Part shown: positions 30,478 to 40,559 of the stretch, one piece after another
How the letters are laid out: the number at the start of each line of letters is the position of its first letter
How positions within the stretch are numbered: position 1 is the first letter of the stretch
Origin: Candidatus Poribacteria bacterium
GTDB taxonomy: Bacteria > Poribacteria > WGA-4E > WGA-3G
Direction: 5' to 3'
Assembly (NCBI GenBank): GCA_965214095.1
Contig: OZ243938.1
Coordinates: 2,368,001-2,432,000, forward strand
Length of the DNA stretch: 64,000 bases
Program-made: the position numbers and the translations under genes
The notes under the pieces: model-generated
Database searches by the model: none
Told to the model about the DNA's origin: nothing
Seen by the model: the letters and a program-made list of their open reading frames with translations, nothing else

Positions 30478-30589
30478 TACCATTTCTAATAGAAAACGCC
30501 GCATTTTTGTAGCATAAACTGCCAGTTTGTGCAGTCCTTCAAGACATTCTTAACAAATGTTAATGGGATAAACATTTATAGAAATGGTA
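30478..30589. mobile_element. 112-bp MITE flanked by TTA/TTA
   Basis: TIR TACCATTTCTA; the right TTA (30590-30592) is the TAA stop codon of the PhyH gene. Confidence 0.88.
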
Positions 30590-31357
30590 TTATATCTTAT
30601 TATAATGGATTCGCCGACTGCCATCAAAAGAGATGCGTGGCCAATCGCGTTCCCAATTCTCTGATTGATACGGGATGTAGTGACATGCCAATGCATGTCT
30701 ACGCGTACCGGGTTTTAGTACAGGAGCACCACCGTGTATCAGTTTTCCGTTAAACAGAACAACATCTCCTTGGTTCACAAGCACTTGAACTTTATCCGCA
30801 ACGTTCTCCTCAAATACTTGTTCTACCCTTGGAAAATATCGGTTGGACTGTTGCTGTTCGTAGGTTTCATCCGGTTGTAATATCATAGGCACATCTTGTT
30901 TTGTGATTAACCTACCTTTGTGCGAACCGGGTTGAACAACTAAAGGTCCATTGTCTTTATCAACATCTACCATAGCTATCCATGCTGACATACAATCAGG
31001 CAGATAGTATTGGTCTTGATGTAGTGGATGTTCCGAACCTTCATAAAAATGCATCGTTTGAATTGCCTCTGGTTCATCCCCGAAACAGTCTTTCAGTGGT
31101 TGGTGCAATCGTGCATCAATGAGAAATTCCAAAACATACGGATCATATAGATGTTGATTGAATGTGCGATAACCATACTTGTCTTGTTGGAAAAATCCTG
31201 TGAGTTCCTTACGACCGTTGTGAAGATCTTCCAGATGTTCAACAAAACCTTGGCATTCCTCCTTTGTGAAGACACTTTGAAGCACAAGATATCCGTATGT
31301 ATCATAATATGATTTCTGTTGATTGGTTAAACCTACCTGTTCTGATGCCATATTCAT
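30590..31357 (-). CDS. Phytanoyl-CoA dioxygenase (PhyH) family protein
   Basis: LHQD, NGPLVVQPGSH, GDVVLFNG, IHGG and R motifs. Confidence 0.9.
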   Translation of the reverse strand: MNMASEQVGLTNQQKSYYDTYGYLVLQSVFTKEECQGFVEHLEDLHNGRKELTGFFQQDKYGYRTFNQHLYDPYVLEFLIDARLHQPLKDCFGDEPEAIQTMHFYEGSEHPLHQDQYYLPDCMSAWIAMVDVDKDNGPLVVQPGSHKGRLITKQDVPMILQPDETYEQQQSNRYFPRVEQVFEENVADKVQVLVNQGDVVLFNGKLIHGGAPVLKPGTRRHALACHYIPYQSENWERDWPRISFDGSRRIHYNKI

Positions 31358-31365
31358 CTATCTAT

Positions 31366-31503
31366 TATAGTGAAATGTAAAAATACGTGCACACTCCCCG
31401 GTAGATGCGGTTTCCTAACCGCATCTATGAGACTGAACAAACACCGGTTCGGTTAGGAAACCGAACCTACCGTAGTGTGTAAATAATTATGGTTTTTACT
31501 ATA
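31366..31503. mobile_element. MITE-like shell containing a family A REPIN
   Basis: TATAGTGAAA...TTTTACTATA ends; REP pair at 31401-31470; inverted copy of 5331-5465. Confidence 0.7.
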
Positions 31504-31703
31504 GTAAGAAAAGTAGTTTTTTATTGCTGTTTCTCCATAAGAATCGCTTATGTTCTATTACATTGTATTTATGTTATTTTGAGAGGAAAAATCTGAATAT
31601 TGTATGACAGAAAACAGATTACACAAACGGCATTCTTGACACAAATAATAACACAATGTATTGCTCATGTCAAAGGAAAACAGGGATGTGTCAGGATTAC
31701 ATT

Positions 31704-31763
31704 ATCCTGTCCATCTACTAATCCTGCAAATCTACTAATCCTGCAAATCCTGGTTCAGACAAT
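31704..31763. repeat. Family C repeat with internal tandem duplication
   Basis: ATCTACTAATCCTGCAA x2 followed by ATCCTGGTTCAGACAAT. Confidence 0.8.
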
Positions 31764-31896
31764 ATAACAAAACATCATACACCCTTAAAACACTTGGATA
31801 TTTTCATAAGGTTGATGTAAAATTGTAACTAATCGGGTATAATATCAAATATCTTCATTAAGGTTGACAGCCTTTACTTTCCATAGGAGTTTCCCC

Positions 31897-33015
31897 TTGA
31901 AAATAGTTGATGTCAAAACATATATGATTGATGTACCGCCACCACATTGGGGTGGTAGACATTGGATCTTTGTCAAATTCGTTACGGATGAAGGAATTGA
32001 AGGGATTGGTGAGTGCACATATCACACCCGACTAAACCATGTTGTCATAGAACTTATCAAAGATTGGGGTGAACGTTTTCTCAAAGGAGCGGATCCCTTT
32101 CGTATAGAAAAAATCTGGTCAACACTCTACGAAGGACCTTGTGTTAGACATTCCGGTCCGCTTGTTACACCAGCAATGAGTGCAATAGAGATGGCGTGTT
32201 GGGATATTGTCGGGAAAGCAGTTAACCAACCGATTTACAACCTATTAGGCGGCATGTTCCATGAAAAATTACGAGCATATTCCTATCTCTTGGAATGGCG
32301 GAACGGCGATTCACCTGAAAAAACTGGTGAACTTGTCCTCTCTTACATAGAAAAAGGATTCACCGCTGTCAAATTTGACCCTGTACATCCACACACAGCA
32401 GACAGATTAGAAACCCTCAACTATGCTGAGAGTGTCATACGTGGAATTCGTGATGCTGTAGGAGATAAGTGTGATATACTCATCGGCACACACGGACAAT
32501 TCAATACCAATAGTGCAATCCGTTTCGCTAAACGCGTTGAACCGTATGACCCGTTATGGTTTGAGGAGCCAATCCCGCCTGAAAATATAAAAGAGATGGC
32601 ACGTGTTGCTCAATTTACCAGCATACCCATTGCAACAGGTGAGAGATTGCTAACAAAATTTGAGTTTGCGGACCTATTGGAACAACAAGCCGCATCTATC
32701 TTACAAATGGACTTGACCATTACCGGCGGCATTCTTGAAGCAAAGAAGATTGCCTCTATGGGTGAAGCACACTATGCACAAATTGCTCCACATCTCTATG
32801 GCGGTCCAATCGGCGGTGCAGCCAATATACAATTAGATGTATGCAGTCCAAATTTCCTTATTCAGGAAGGTATCCACATGTGGGACGGTTTCCACGCCGA
32901 TATACTCAAAGAACCTATCCAATGGGAAAACGGATATATAATTCCATCTACAAAACCCGGTCTCGGTATAGAACTGAACGAAGAAGTATTGCAAAAACAC
33001 AGCATAGAACTCTGA
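31897..33015 (+). CDS. Mandelate racemase/galactonate dehydratase-like enolase
   Basis: WDIVGK, KFD, WFEEP, ATGER and APH motifs; likely TTG start at 31897 after AGGAG. Confidence 0.88.
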   Translation: MKIVDVKTYMIDVPPPHWGGRHWIFVKFVTDEGIEGIGECTYHTRLNHVVIELIKDWGERFLKGADPFRIEKIWSTLYEGPCVRHSGPLVTPAMSAIEMACWDIVGKAVNQPIYNLLGGMFHEKLRAYSYLLEWRNGDSPEKTGELVLSYIEKGFTAVKFDPVHPHTADRLETLNYAESVIRGIRDAVGDKCDILIGTHGQFNTNSAIRFAKRVEPYDPLWFEEPIPPENIKEMARVAQFTSIPIATGERLLTKFEFADLLEQQAASILQMDLTITGGILEAKKIASMGEAHYAQIAPHLYGGPIGGAANIQLDVCSPNFLIQEGIHMWDGFHADILKEPIQWENGYIIPSTKPGLGIELNEEVLQKHSIEL

Positions 33016-33028
33016 GGAAAAGGTAGGC

Positions 33029-35350
33029 ATGTCAACAGCAGACACACCAACGGGTACGCTTGATGCGCTGCCCGAATCTATTGAGCAAACATTAAAGACA
33101 CTGGATATTCATTTTGAAGTGATAAGATTTGCCGTACGCGGTGATGTTAGTCATACAGGCACTTTTGGTGAAGAATGGTTTGTGTTGACAGATGCTGCTA
33201 TATTCACAGTAACTGGTGAAGGTGAGGTGCTTCACTATATACCTTATGAAAGTGTACTTGGTATTCGGGCAGAGTCCGTTGTTGATGCTGGACTCGTCGT
33301 GTTGGAAACACAAGAAGGCACGATAGACCTAATCCGTTACTCAAACAGTTGTGCCGCGAAGTTCGGATTTGTCGCGCGTTTTATTGGAGATGAGATTGAA
33401 TACCGTGACGGTAAACGCGATGAAGCACCAGTTTGGGACTATAAGGTTGAGGAACATTCATGCAAAACTTGTGGATTGCTACTTGCTGATGAGTTCTCCC
33501 CATGTCCTAAGTGTACTAAGAAACATAGGGTGATGCTTCGCATATTAGCATATCTGCGTCCGTACCGTAGCAAAGCAATGCTCTTTATTCTGTTCGTCAT
33601 CGTTGGAACAGTCCTTTTCTTAATTCCACCATATTTCTCGCGTATCCTAATTGATGATATTTTACTACTTAACGATGCCGCCGCACCGACGACAGATGAA
33701 AATATAACATGGTTGGGGAACATATTCAGATCGCTTCAACCTGTGGCATTGGCGTTGTCAGTCGCTATAGGTGGATTATTAACTACGCATCTCATCCGTG
33801 TTTTATTTACTGTGCTACAATCAAGATTGAGTGCTTGGTTGACGTTTCGGATCGCAGCAAATATACGTGCACATGTCTATGAACAGCTGCACAATCTATC
33901 TATCCGTTTTTTCGACAAAAGAACAACTGGCACTGTTATCTCTCATATCACCGAAGATAGTGAGCGATTACAAGACTTTCTGTTGGAAGGCTTATCATTC
34001 CTAAGTGTACAGTTGTTTCTGTTTTTCGGTATAGGTAGCATGCTGTTTCTGATGAATTGGAAATTGGCGTGTTTCATTCTAATCCCGATTCCAATCATAG
34101 TCCTAGGAGCTGGTTGGTTTTGGCGTAAAGTACGTAGCCTTTGGCATCGCGCTTGGCGCAGACGGTCAAAACTTTTTGATGTTGTCAACGATTCTGTTTC
34201 TGGTATACGAGTCGTTCGTGCATTCGGTCAACAGACAAGTGAAGTTAGTCGTTTCGGTGGGGCAAACATTGACGCACGTGACCATGAAACAGAGGCTGAA
34301 CTCATCTGGGCAACCTATTATCCACCACTGATGTTTGCTGTCCAATTCGGTTCGCTTATTATTTGGTATGTCGGGGGACTTGATGTACTCGCTGGAACAA
34401 TGACACTTGGAACACTTATGGCTTTTCACGCCTATCTCACTATGTTCTATGAACCGCTGAGATATGTCAGCCCTCTCATTAACTGGGCTTCTCGTTCTAT
34501 GACTGCAGCGGAAAGGTTATTTGAAGTCATAGACTCACAACCCGAACAGTTAGACGATGGAAATCTCAAAGCAATGCCTAATATTCTTGGTGAAGTCCAA
34601 TTCCACAACATGACTTTTGGATACGATTCCCATAAACCTGTACTCAAAGACATCAATCTGCATGTCAAACCCGGTGAGATGATAGGTCTCGTTGGGCATT
34701 CTGGGGCAGGGAAGTCTACTCTCATTAATCTCATTTGCCGGTTCTATACGCCAGATGGAGGTAAATTAGAAATCGATGGTGAAGACATAAAGCAGATTAA
34801 CCTCCGAGATTTACGTAGGCAGATTGGTGTGGTACTACAGGAACCGTATCTCTTCAGCGGGACCATAGGAGAGAATATCGCTTACGCAAATCCTGATGCA
34901 AGTATGGAGGATATAATCACCGCGGCAAAGGCTGCAAACGCACACGAATTCATCGTCAAGTTCCCTGATGGATATGATACGGAAGTCGGTGAACGTGGTG
35001 GTAGTCTATCCGGTGGAGAACGGCAACGGATCTCAATCGCAAGGGCAATTTTGCATAATCCACGTATTTTGATCCTTGATGAAGCTACCTCTTCGGTAGA
35101 TGTGGAAACTGAGAAGAAGATACAGCAAGCGATAGACAGGTTAGTTCAAAACCGAACTACATTTGCAATCGCACACCGCCTCTCCACACTCCGAAATGCA
35201 GATAGACTATTTGTGATTGAAAAAGGGAAAGGTGTTGAATGCGGATCCCACGCGGAACTTATGGAGAAAAAGGGTATCTATTACAAACTTGTAGAAACAC
35301 AGCGCGAAGCCGCGAATGTTCGTGCTGAAGCACAGATCGTGGAGAGGTAA
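33029..35350 (+). CDS. ABC exporter (TMD+NBD) with N-terminal extension and CxxC...CPxC ribbon
   Basis: GHSGAGKS, LSGGERQR and ILDEATS motifs. Confidence 0.92.
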   Translation: MSTADTPTGTLDALPESIEQTLKTLDIHFEVIRFAVRGDVSHTGTFGEEWFVLTDAAIFTVTGEGEVLHYIPYESVLGIRAESVVDAGLVVLETQEGTIDLIRYSNSCAAKFGFVARFIGDEIEYRDGKRDEAPVWDYKVEEHSCKTCGLLLADEFSPCPKCTKKHRVMLRILAYLRPYRSKAMLFILFVIVGTVLFLIPPYFSRILIDDILLLNDAAAPTTDENITWLGNIFRSLQPVALALSVAIGGLLTTHLIRVLFTVLQSRLSAWLTFRIAANIRAHVYEQLHNLSIRFFDKRTTGTVISHITEDSERLQDFLLEGLSFLSVQLFLFFGIGSMLFLMNWKLACFILIPIPIIVLGAGWFWRKVRSLWHRAWRRRSKLFDVVNDSVSGIRVVRAFGQQTSEVSRFGGANIDARDHETEAELIWATYYPPLMFAVQFGSLIIWYVGGLDVLAGTMTLGTLMAFHAYLTMFYEPLRYVSPLINWASRSMTAAERLFEVIDSQPEQLDDGNLKAMPNILGEVQFHNMTFGYDSHKPVLKDINLHVKPGEMIGLVGHSGAGKSTLINLICRFYTPDGGKLEIDGEDIKQINLRDLRRQIGVVLQEPYLFSGTIGENIAYANPDASMEDIITAAKAANAHEFIVKFPDGYDTEVGERGGSLSGGERQRISIARAILHNPRILILDEATSSVDVETEKKIQQAIDRLVQNRTTFAIAHRLSTLRNADRLFVIEKGKGVECGSHAELMEKKGIYYKLVETQREAANVRAEAQIVER

Positions 35351-35352
35351 AG

Positions 35353-35913
35353 ATGCAGGACAAAAATGTAGAAGAACAGAACAAAGATAAAACCAATTCA
35401 ACAAAAGAACCTGAACAAGATGACTTTACACAACGTTTTCTGGAGGCAAAAGAACTTACGTTCTCGCGTTCACCGGTAGGCACTGCAAGACTTGAAATCC
35501 ATAATCAAGTATGCCATCTACGGGTTATTGTGCGGAGACTCATGCCACTCAGCAATCCAGACCAATATATATCACTCGCAGCAGATGAGGATACTGAAAT
35601 CGGCATCCTTGTAAACCCATCTGAACTCACATCTGAAAGTCAAAATATACTAAACGAAGAATTAAACAAACGCTATTTCACACCAACTATAAAGAAAATA
35701 TATCGTGTCAAAGAACAATTCGGCATACATGAATGGGAGGTCGAAACGGAACGCGGTCGTGTGACATTCCAAGTACGCGGATTGAATCAAAATATAAAAC
35801 AGGCACTCCCAGCACGGCTTTTTGTGACAGATGTGCGAGGGAATCGATACGATATACCAGATTATCGGGAGTTAGATGCGAAGAGTTTCCATCAAATTCA
35901 ACGCCATCTATAA
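35353..35913 (+). CDS. DUF1854-like protein
   Basis: PLSNPDQYISL, RYFTP.I, WEVETERG and DVRGNRY motifs; coupled to the ABC gene. Confidence 0.75.
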   Translation: MQDKNVEEQNKDKTNSTKEPEQDDFTQRFLEAKELTFSRSPVGTARLEIHNQVCHLRVIVRRLMPLSNPDQYISLAADEDTEIGILVNPSELTSESQNILNEELNKRYFTPTIKKIYRVKEQFGIHEWEVETERGRVTFQVRGLNQNIKQALPARLFVTDVRGNRYDIPDYRELDAKSFHQIQRHL

Positions 35914-35920
35914 ATACACA

Positions 35921-37255
35921 ATGAAACAGAAACGGATCTATTCAGTCATCGCATCAGTGATTGTCCACATTATCCTTGTAGTCATCATCGGACTGCTTTT
36001 TACGGAACATTATTGGATGTTTGATGAAGACGCAATAGACGTAAACATTATCCCTGCCACATCGCAGAGAAACGTTGTATACCGAACACACAGAAGCATG
36101 TCCCTGCCAACTACACAGCAGACTGTCCGACCGCAGAATGTTGAGTTTACTACACGAGGCAACATCTCCCAGACAGTAACCTCAATTAATCGTCCGACAA
36201 CACATAATAAAGTTGACACAGATGTCCTGTATCCCAGTGATGTGTCTGTTCCTAATATGCGAGTAGATACAGACCTACCCGATGTAACGACTGCTCAAAA
36301 TTCCGCAGTTGCCGCCCCGTCTGTTCCTCCAACTGCAATGAAAACGAAAACGAATACAAATATGGTTATAAGTCCAAAGCCAATCAATCCTTCAGGTAGT
36401 GGTTTCGCTGAACTTCTTGATAGTCCTTTACCCGATGCCAACATAAATAATAAACTAAGCACTACCCTTCGAAATCCTGTTCTGCTGCCGCAAGGACAAT
36501 TGGGTGGCATCCTATCAGGAACAAAAGAAAATATACGCGGTCATATACGGATAATTCGTCTCAAACATTCGCTGTCGGATTGGTGGCAAGACCCGACTGC
36601 ACTCCCTGCTCTCATGAATTGGATGGATAAACACACTACAATCCGCGTAGATATGAGCGTTGCCGGTGGTGCATTACCTATTACAGACCCCCTCATTTTT
36701 GACGCACCGCTCATTGTAATGACAGGACATGACAGAGATATTACAGCCGGACGAGGACTTGCAAGAGATGGACCCCTGCAAGAACGGTTCACACCTGAAG
36801 AACATGCTGCCCTCAGAAAATATATCATTAATGAAGGGGGAATGCTCTTCTTTGATGACTGCGGGTTTCACGGGCTCTTTGCACATATCGTGGCTGAGGA
36901 GTTGCAACTGATTTTCCCTGAATATCCACTTGAAATCATACCCTATGAACATGAGATATATAGGATACACTACCACCTCACAAAACCACCGATAGGGGGA
37001 GATGTGTTCTGGGGAAATGAAAATAACGCACAACCCACGCAGTTCCGTTATCAGAAAGGGATTACGATAGACAATCGTTTAGCGGTTGTCTATAACAGGA
37101 AGGATTATATGTGTGCTATGGAAACTGCAGAAATTGAGAGTCGAACTATGTTACGGCTCCGACGTTCTCCTGATGTATATCGGTTTATGACAAACATGTT
37201 AGTATATGCGTTGAAATATGGTGGGAATACAGATCGATCGGACTATAAGGAGTAG
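35921..37255 (+). CDS. Membrane-anchored DUF4159-like protein
   Basis: N-terminal TM (SVIVH), Pro/Thr linker, MTGH...LRKYI..GGMLFFDDCG domain. Confidence 0.72.
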   Translation: MKQKRIYSVIASVIVHIILVVIIGLLFTEHYWMFDEDAIDVNIIPATSQRNVVYRTHRSMSLPTTQQTVRPQNVEFTTRGNISQTVTSINRPTTHNKVDTDVLYPSDVSVPNMRVDTDLPDVTTAQNSAVAAPSVPPTAMKTKTNTNMVISPKPINPSGSGFAELLDSPLPDANINNKLSTTLRNPVLLPQGQLGGILSGTKENIRGHIRIIRLKHSLSDWWQDPTALPALMNWMDKHTTIRVDMSVAGGALPITDPLIFDAPLIVMTGHDRDITAGRGLARDGPLQERFTPEEHAALRKYIINEGGMLFFDDCGFHGLFAHIVAEELQLIFPEYPLEIIPYEHEIYRIHYHLTKPPIGGDVFWGNENNAQPTQFRYQKGITIDNRLAVVYNRKDYMCAMETAEIESRTMLRLRRSPDVYRFMTNMLVYALKYGGNTDRSDYKE

Positions 37256-37279
37256 TCTTTTATCCTAATCCTAAATGTT

Positions 37280-37747
37280 CTAAGGTAAAACAGCAAGGGG
37301 AATGAATAGAACAAATATTAACTCTATCGCGTAGAACAGAATTAGAGTAACAGAAAAGATAGCAGAAGCATAATTACCTTTCGGTCTAACCTTATATATA
37401 CTGACATACATATTAAAGTCCGTGTCGTCTTGTTGTCGAACCGCATCATAATGGTGTCGAAACAACCGTTCCCCTTGAAGAAAATACGCATCCAGCAACC
37501 AAAAACCCAAGATGATGACACAGAGTACCGCACCCACTGCCAAGACGACAGGCATAGCGTCAGTTGCAGCTATATCATGATAAATAGTAAAAAAAACAAA
37601 AGTGACAAGTAGGACTTGAGAAGCTATGACAAGCAGCAGACTCCCACCTTTTGTCAACAAACTGTAAAATCCGTAGCGGATGATATATCGTTGTATCATC
37701 TCTAAATGTTTAACAACTTTTTCTGTGTTATTCATAGGATCCCTCAC
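37280..37747 (-). CDS. Small 3-TM hypothetical protein (KHLEMIQ...FWLLDAYFL..ERLFR)
   Basis: Overlaps the TPR gene stop codon; three hydrophobic segments. Confidence 0.75.
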   Translation of the reverse strand: MRDPMNNTEKVVKHLEMIQRYIIRYGFYSLLTKGGSLLLVIASQVLLVTFVFFTIYHDIAATDAMPVVLAVGAVLCVIILGFWLLDAYFLQGERLFRHHYDAVRQQDDTDFNMYVSIYKVRPKGNYASAIFSVTLILFYAIELIFVLFIPLAVLP

Positions 37748-38553
37748 CCATTCAGGTTACTTTGGTTTAGCAGGGTAACAATGTCATCTGGTAATTTGAC
37801 TTGATGCTTTTGCTCAAAGTCCTCAATGTCTTCATAATCCTTCCCAAAGTTCTCTATAACGATGTCTTCTTTCAGTTCTATCGCATCTGTTATATCTGTT
37901 TTTGCTTTCTCCCACTCTTTAAGGATTAACCACGTCATGCCACGATTATAGGATGCCACTGCTAATTCAGGATTGCGTTCTATTGCTACGGTATAATCTT
38001 TGATTGCCTGTTCATATTCACCTTTCTTCCTGTATATATTGCCACGGTTGTTGTAGGGATGAATAAGGTCAGGTCTCAATTCTAATGCCTTATTATATTC
38101 TTTCATGGCGCGATCAAACTCCTGTCTTTCATAATAAATTATGCCACGGTTATAATAAGCATAAGCAAAGTCAGGATCAAGGATTATAGCCGTTTTATAG
38201 TCTTCAATAGCTTGTTCTATTTCACCTTTGAGTTTATAAGCTATACCCCGATTGTTGTACGCAACAGGTAATTTTGGATCAAGTTTTATTGCAGTATTAC
38301 AATCTTCAATGGCACGATCATACTCACCTTTAATACGATATACCCCGCCACGGTTACTATAGGCTTCTGCATAGTTTTCTTTGAGTCGTATTGCTTTATT
38401 AAAATCTTGAATGGCTAAGTCAACCTCCCCAATATTTCCATAAGCAATTCCTCTGTGATTATATGCTTGGGGATAAGTTGGTAACTCCTTGATTGTATTG
38501 TTATAGTGCTGTATTGCCTTTTCGTAGAATTTCTGTACTGGTTGCATTTGCAT
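37744..38553 (-). CDS. TPR protein
   Basis: About 6 AYxNRG TPR repeats; GGAG SD. Confidence 0.9.
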   Translation of the reverse strand: MQMQPVQKFYEKAIQHYNNTIKELPTYPQAYNHRGIAYGNIGEVDLAIQDFNKAIRLKENYAEAYSNRGGVYRIKGEYDRAIEDCNTAIKLDPKLPVAYNNRGIAYKLKGEIEQAIEDYKTAIILDPDFAYAYYNRGIIYYERQEFDRAMKEYNKALELRPDLIHPYNNRGNIYRKKGEYEQAIKDYTVAIERNPELAVASYNRGMTWLILKEWEKAKTDITDAIELKEDIVIENFGKDYEDIEDFEQKHQVKLPDDIVTLLNQSNLNG

Positions 38554-38576
38554 GTTGTCTCCAATTGATCTTCAAG

Positions 38577-39266
38577 TCACGAACTTTCAATCTGTATTAG
38601 GTCTTCTTCCCTTTCAGTTAATACTTCATAATCTGTTATATATGCTTTCTTATGGATGCCTTGATTTCTAATAAATCCATGAAGGTCATTATAGACTGTT
38701 TGTGTTGAGATTCCGTGCTGATTCTGTAAATAATCAAGCATTGGTTCCTTAAGTGTTTGTGGTATATCAATTTCAGTGAATTGGTCAACATCAATGAATC
38801 CCTTCTGTGGTTCAACAAATATGCTCTTCTGTGCTATGATGCGGTTTTGCGGATTACGCGGAGATTTGATAGATACCAATGTTCCTACTGTTCTCTTCAA
38901 GAGGATTATTCTACCATCTTCGCTTGGAAATCCATCACATGCAAAAAAGAGTGCTATATGACTATCTGTTGTAAAATCGATTAGATTGGTATGTCCACCG
39001 AAATGTTGAAGTTCTGTCATTATTTCAAATTCATCTGTTTCGTGGGTATAATCTTTCGCAACTTCAATCATCTGTTCTTGAATCGCGACAATATTAAAAT
39101 CATCTTTTCCGATTTCCTCTCGGCATTCACGCCATAGATTTGAGGATACTTTCTCATAGTGTTCGGGTTCGCCGCGATAGATGAAATCACCACCAATTGA
39201 TTCTGTTGCTATCTCTCGTATTTTATCAAAGACTGTGTTTATTAACTGGTGTTCCTCTAAATTCAT
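38577..39266 (-). CDS. FRG domain protein
   Basis: IYRGE, LQHFGGHTNLIDFT, IALFFAC and NRIIAQKSIF motifs. Confidence 0.88.
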   Translation of the reverse strand: MNLEEHQLINTVFDKIREIATESIGGDFIYRGEPEHYEKVSSNLWRECREEIGKDDFNIVAIQEQMIEVAKDYTHETDEFEIMTELQHFGGHTNLIDFTTDSHIALFFACDGFPSEDGRIILLKRTVGTLVSIKSPRNPQNRIIAQKSIFVEPQKGFIDVDQFTEIDIPQTLKEPMLDYLQNQHGISTQTVYNDLHGFIRNQGIHKKAYITDYEVLTEREEDLIQIESS

Positions 39267-39308
39267 ACTTCTTCAAATTCGCAATTCTTCAAGGTTTAGT
39301 GTAAGAAA

Positions 39309-39338
39309 AGTATACCAAATTTTCAATTCTATTTTCAA
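39309..39338 (-). promoter_or_regulatory. Putative promoter of the FRG operon
   Basis: Minus strand TTGAAA-18 bp-TATACT with TG extension. Confidence 0.55.
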
Positions 39339-39380
39339 GAAGAAGTTCTGTTAGGGTGTGTAATCTTTATTATACCAATT

Positions 39381-40380
39381 GAACTCATAGCGAGTAACAT
39401 CTAAGCATCGTTGAAAGTTGCTCGAAAATTTATCATTGAATATGCTAAATTACGAAAACCTAAACGTGTTTCTTTGAGTTTATCATAACTTAGAACGAGT
39501 CTTCGGTAAGTATCTTGCCACCCGAAAGTTCGCTCTACTTTATACCGGTCTTTGTATATATCTTTTCTAAACCACCGGAACTTGCGAGCGATAGCGATAG
39601 GTTCTTTAGTGTTTCGTTTGTTAGGGTAGATCACTGGGATCAGTCCTTGTTCTTTAATAATCTTATGATTCACCTTGGAATCAAAACCAGAATCCAGCGT
39701 TAGCGCGGAACCATCAAGTGCCATGCCAATCCGATTGCTGAAGGAGATGAGTTCGGTCAATGCCTCGGGCAAAATCGTTGTATCATGTTGGTTCACTGGT
39801 TTGAGGGTTATTGGACCAATGATAAAACCTTTATTGTCGGTGATAGCCACCTCTTTTTCACCTTTTTGATGTTTATGACCTGAATACCCTATGGTGTCAC
39901 CCCTTTTTTTACAACAGTGTTTGAACCATCACCATGTAAACAAGAGGTGTCAAGTTGATCACTATCATGAAGATGTATGACAGATGCTTCAAAAAGTTTC
40001 TCATAAGAACCATCTTTTGACCAACGATTATGCCATTTATAGACGTTAGACCAATGGAGTTCATTACGCCGTGTGCGGAGTTGATCCCATTGAATACCGG
40101 TATGTAAAACATAGAGGATATAGTTGAATATCTTATAGAAAGACAGTTTCGGTTTGGGACCTTTTATGCGTTTCTTTAGATGAGGTTTGATATAACGATT
40201 AAAATCCTTACGTGAAACCTGCTTCGGAATACCATTGTATCTGAGGGGCTCTTGAACCTTGTCTGCCATAACAACACCTTTCAATAAGTTATAGATATAT
40301 GAAGTGAAAGAATAGGACATAAATAAACTCTTGTGTTTCCCTATTATATAGCATTATTATGTTTTACTCAATATGAGTTC
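39381..40380 (-). mobile_element. IS5 family insertion sequence, 1000 bp
   Basis: 17-bp TIRs GAACTCATAnnGAGTAA (15 of 17 matching); two-ORF transposase. Confidence 0.9.
39401..40269 (-). CDS. IS5 transposase expressed via -1 frameshift at A7G4 (39900-39910)
   Basis: OrfA ILYVLHTGIQW...HGDGS; OrfB LDSGFD...RYKVERTFGW (DDE triad). Confidence 0.85.
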
Positions 40381-40504
40381 TTTCTAAAAAATAACATACC
40401 CTTAAAAATAGATGGTTCGTAGTCGCGCAATTCATTGCGTCTCTTACATTCTAATTCAAAAGGGAAATTCATTAATAGAATTGGTATTAGATGTTGAAAC
40501 ACAA

Positions 40505-40537
40505 AAGCGGTCATGGCTTTATTTCCATGACCGCTTT
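40505..40537. terminator. Intrinsic terminator after korB
   Basis: AAAGCGGTCATGG-loop-CCATGACCGCTTT. Confidence 0.75.
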
Positions 40538-40559
40538 CGTAATTAAACTATGGTGTGTC

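Larger units (their letters stand above)
39373..40486. mobile_element. TTA-flanked MITE (with family B REP at 40419-40440) interrupted by IS5
   Basis: TTA-TACCAATT | IS | ...TAGAATTGGTA-TTA. Confidence 0.75.
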
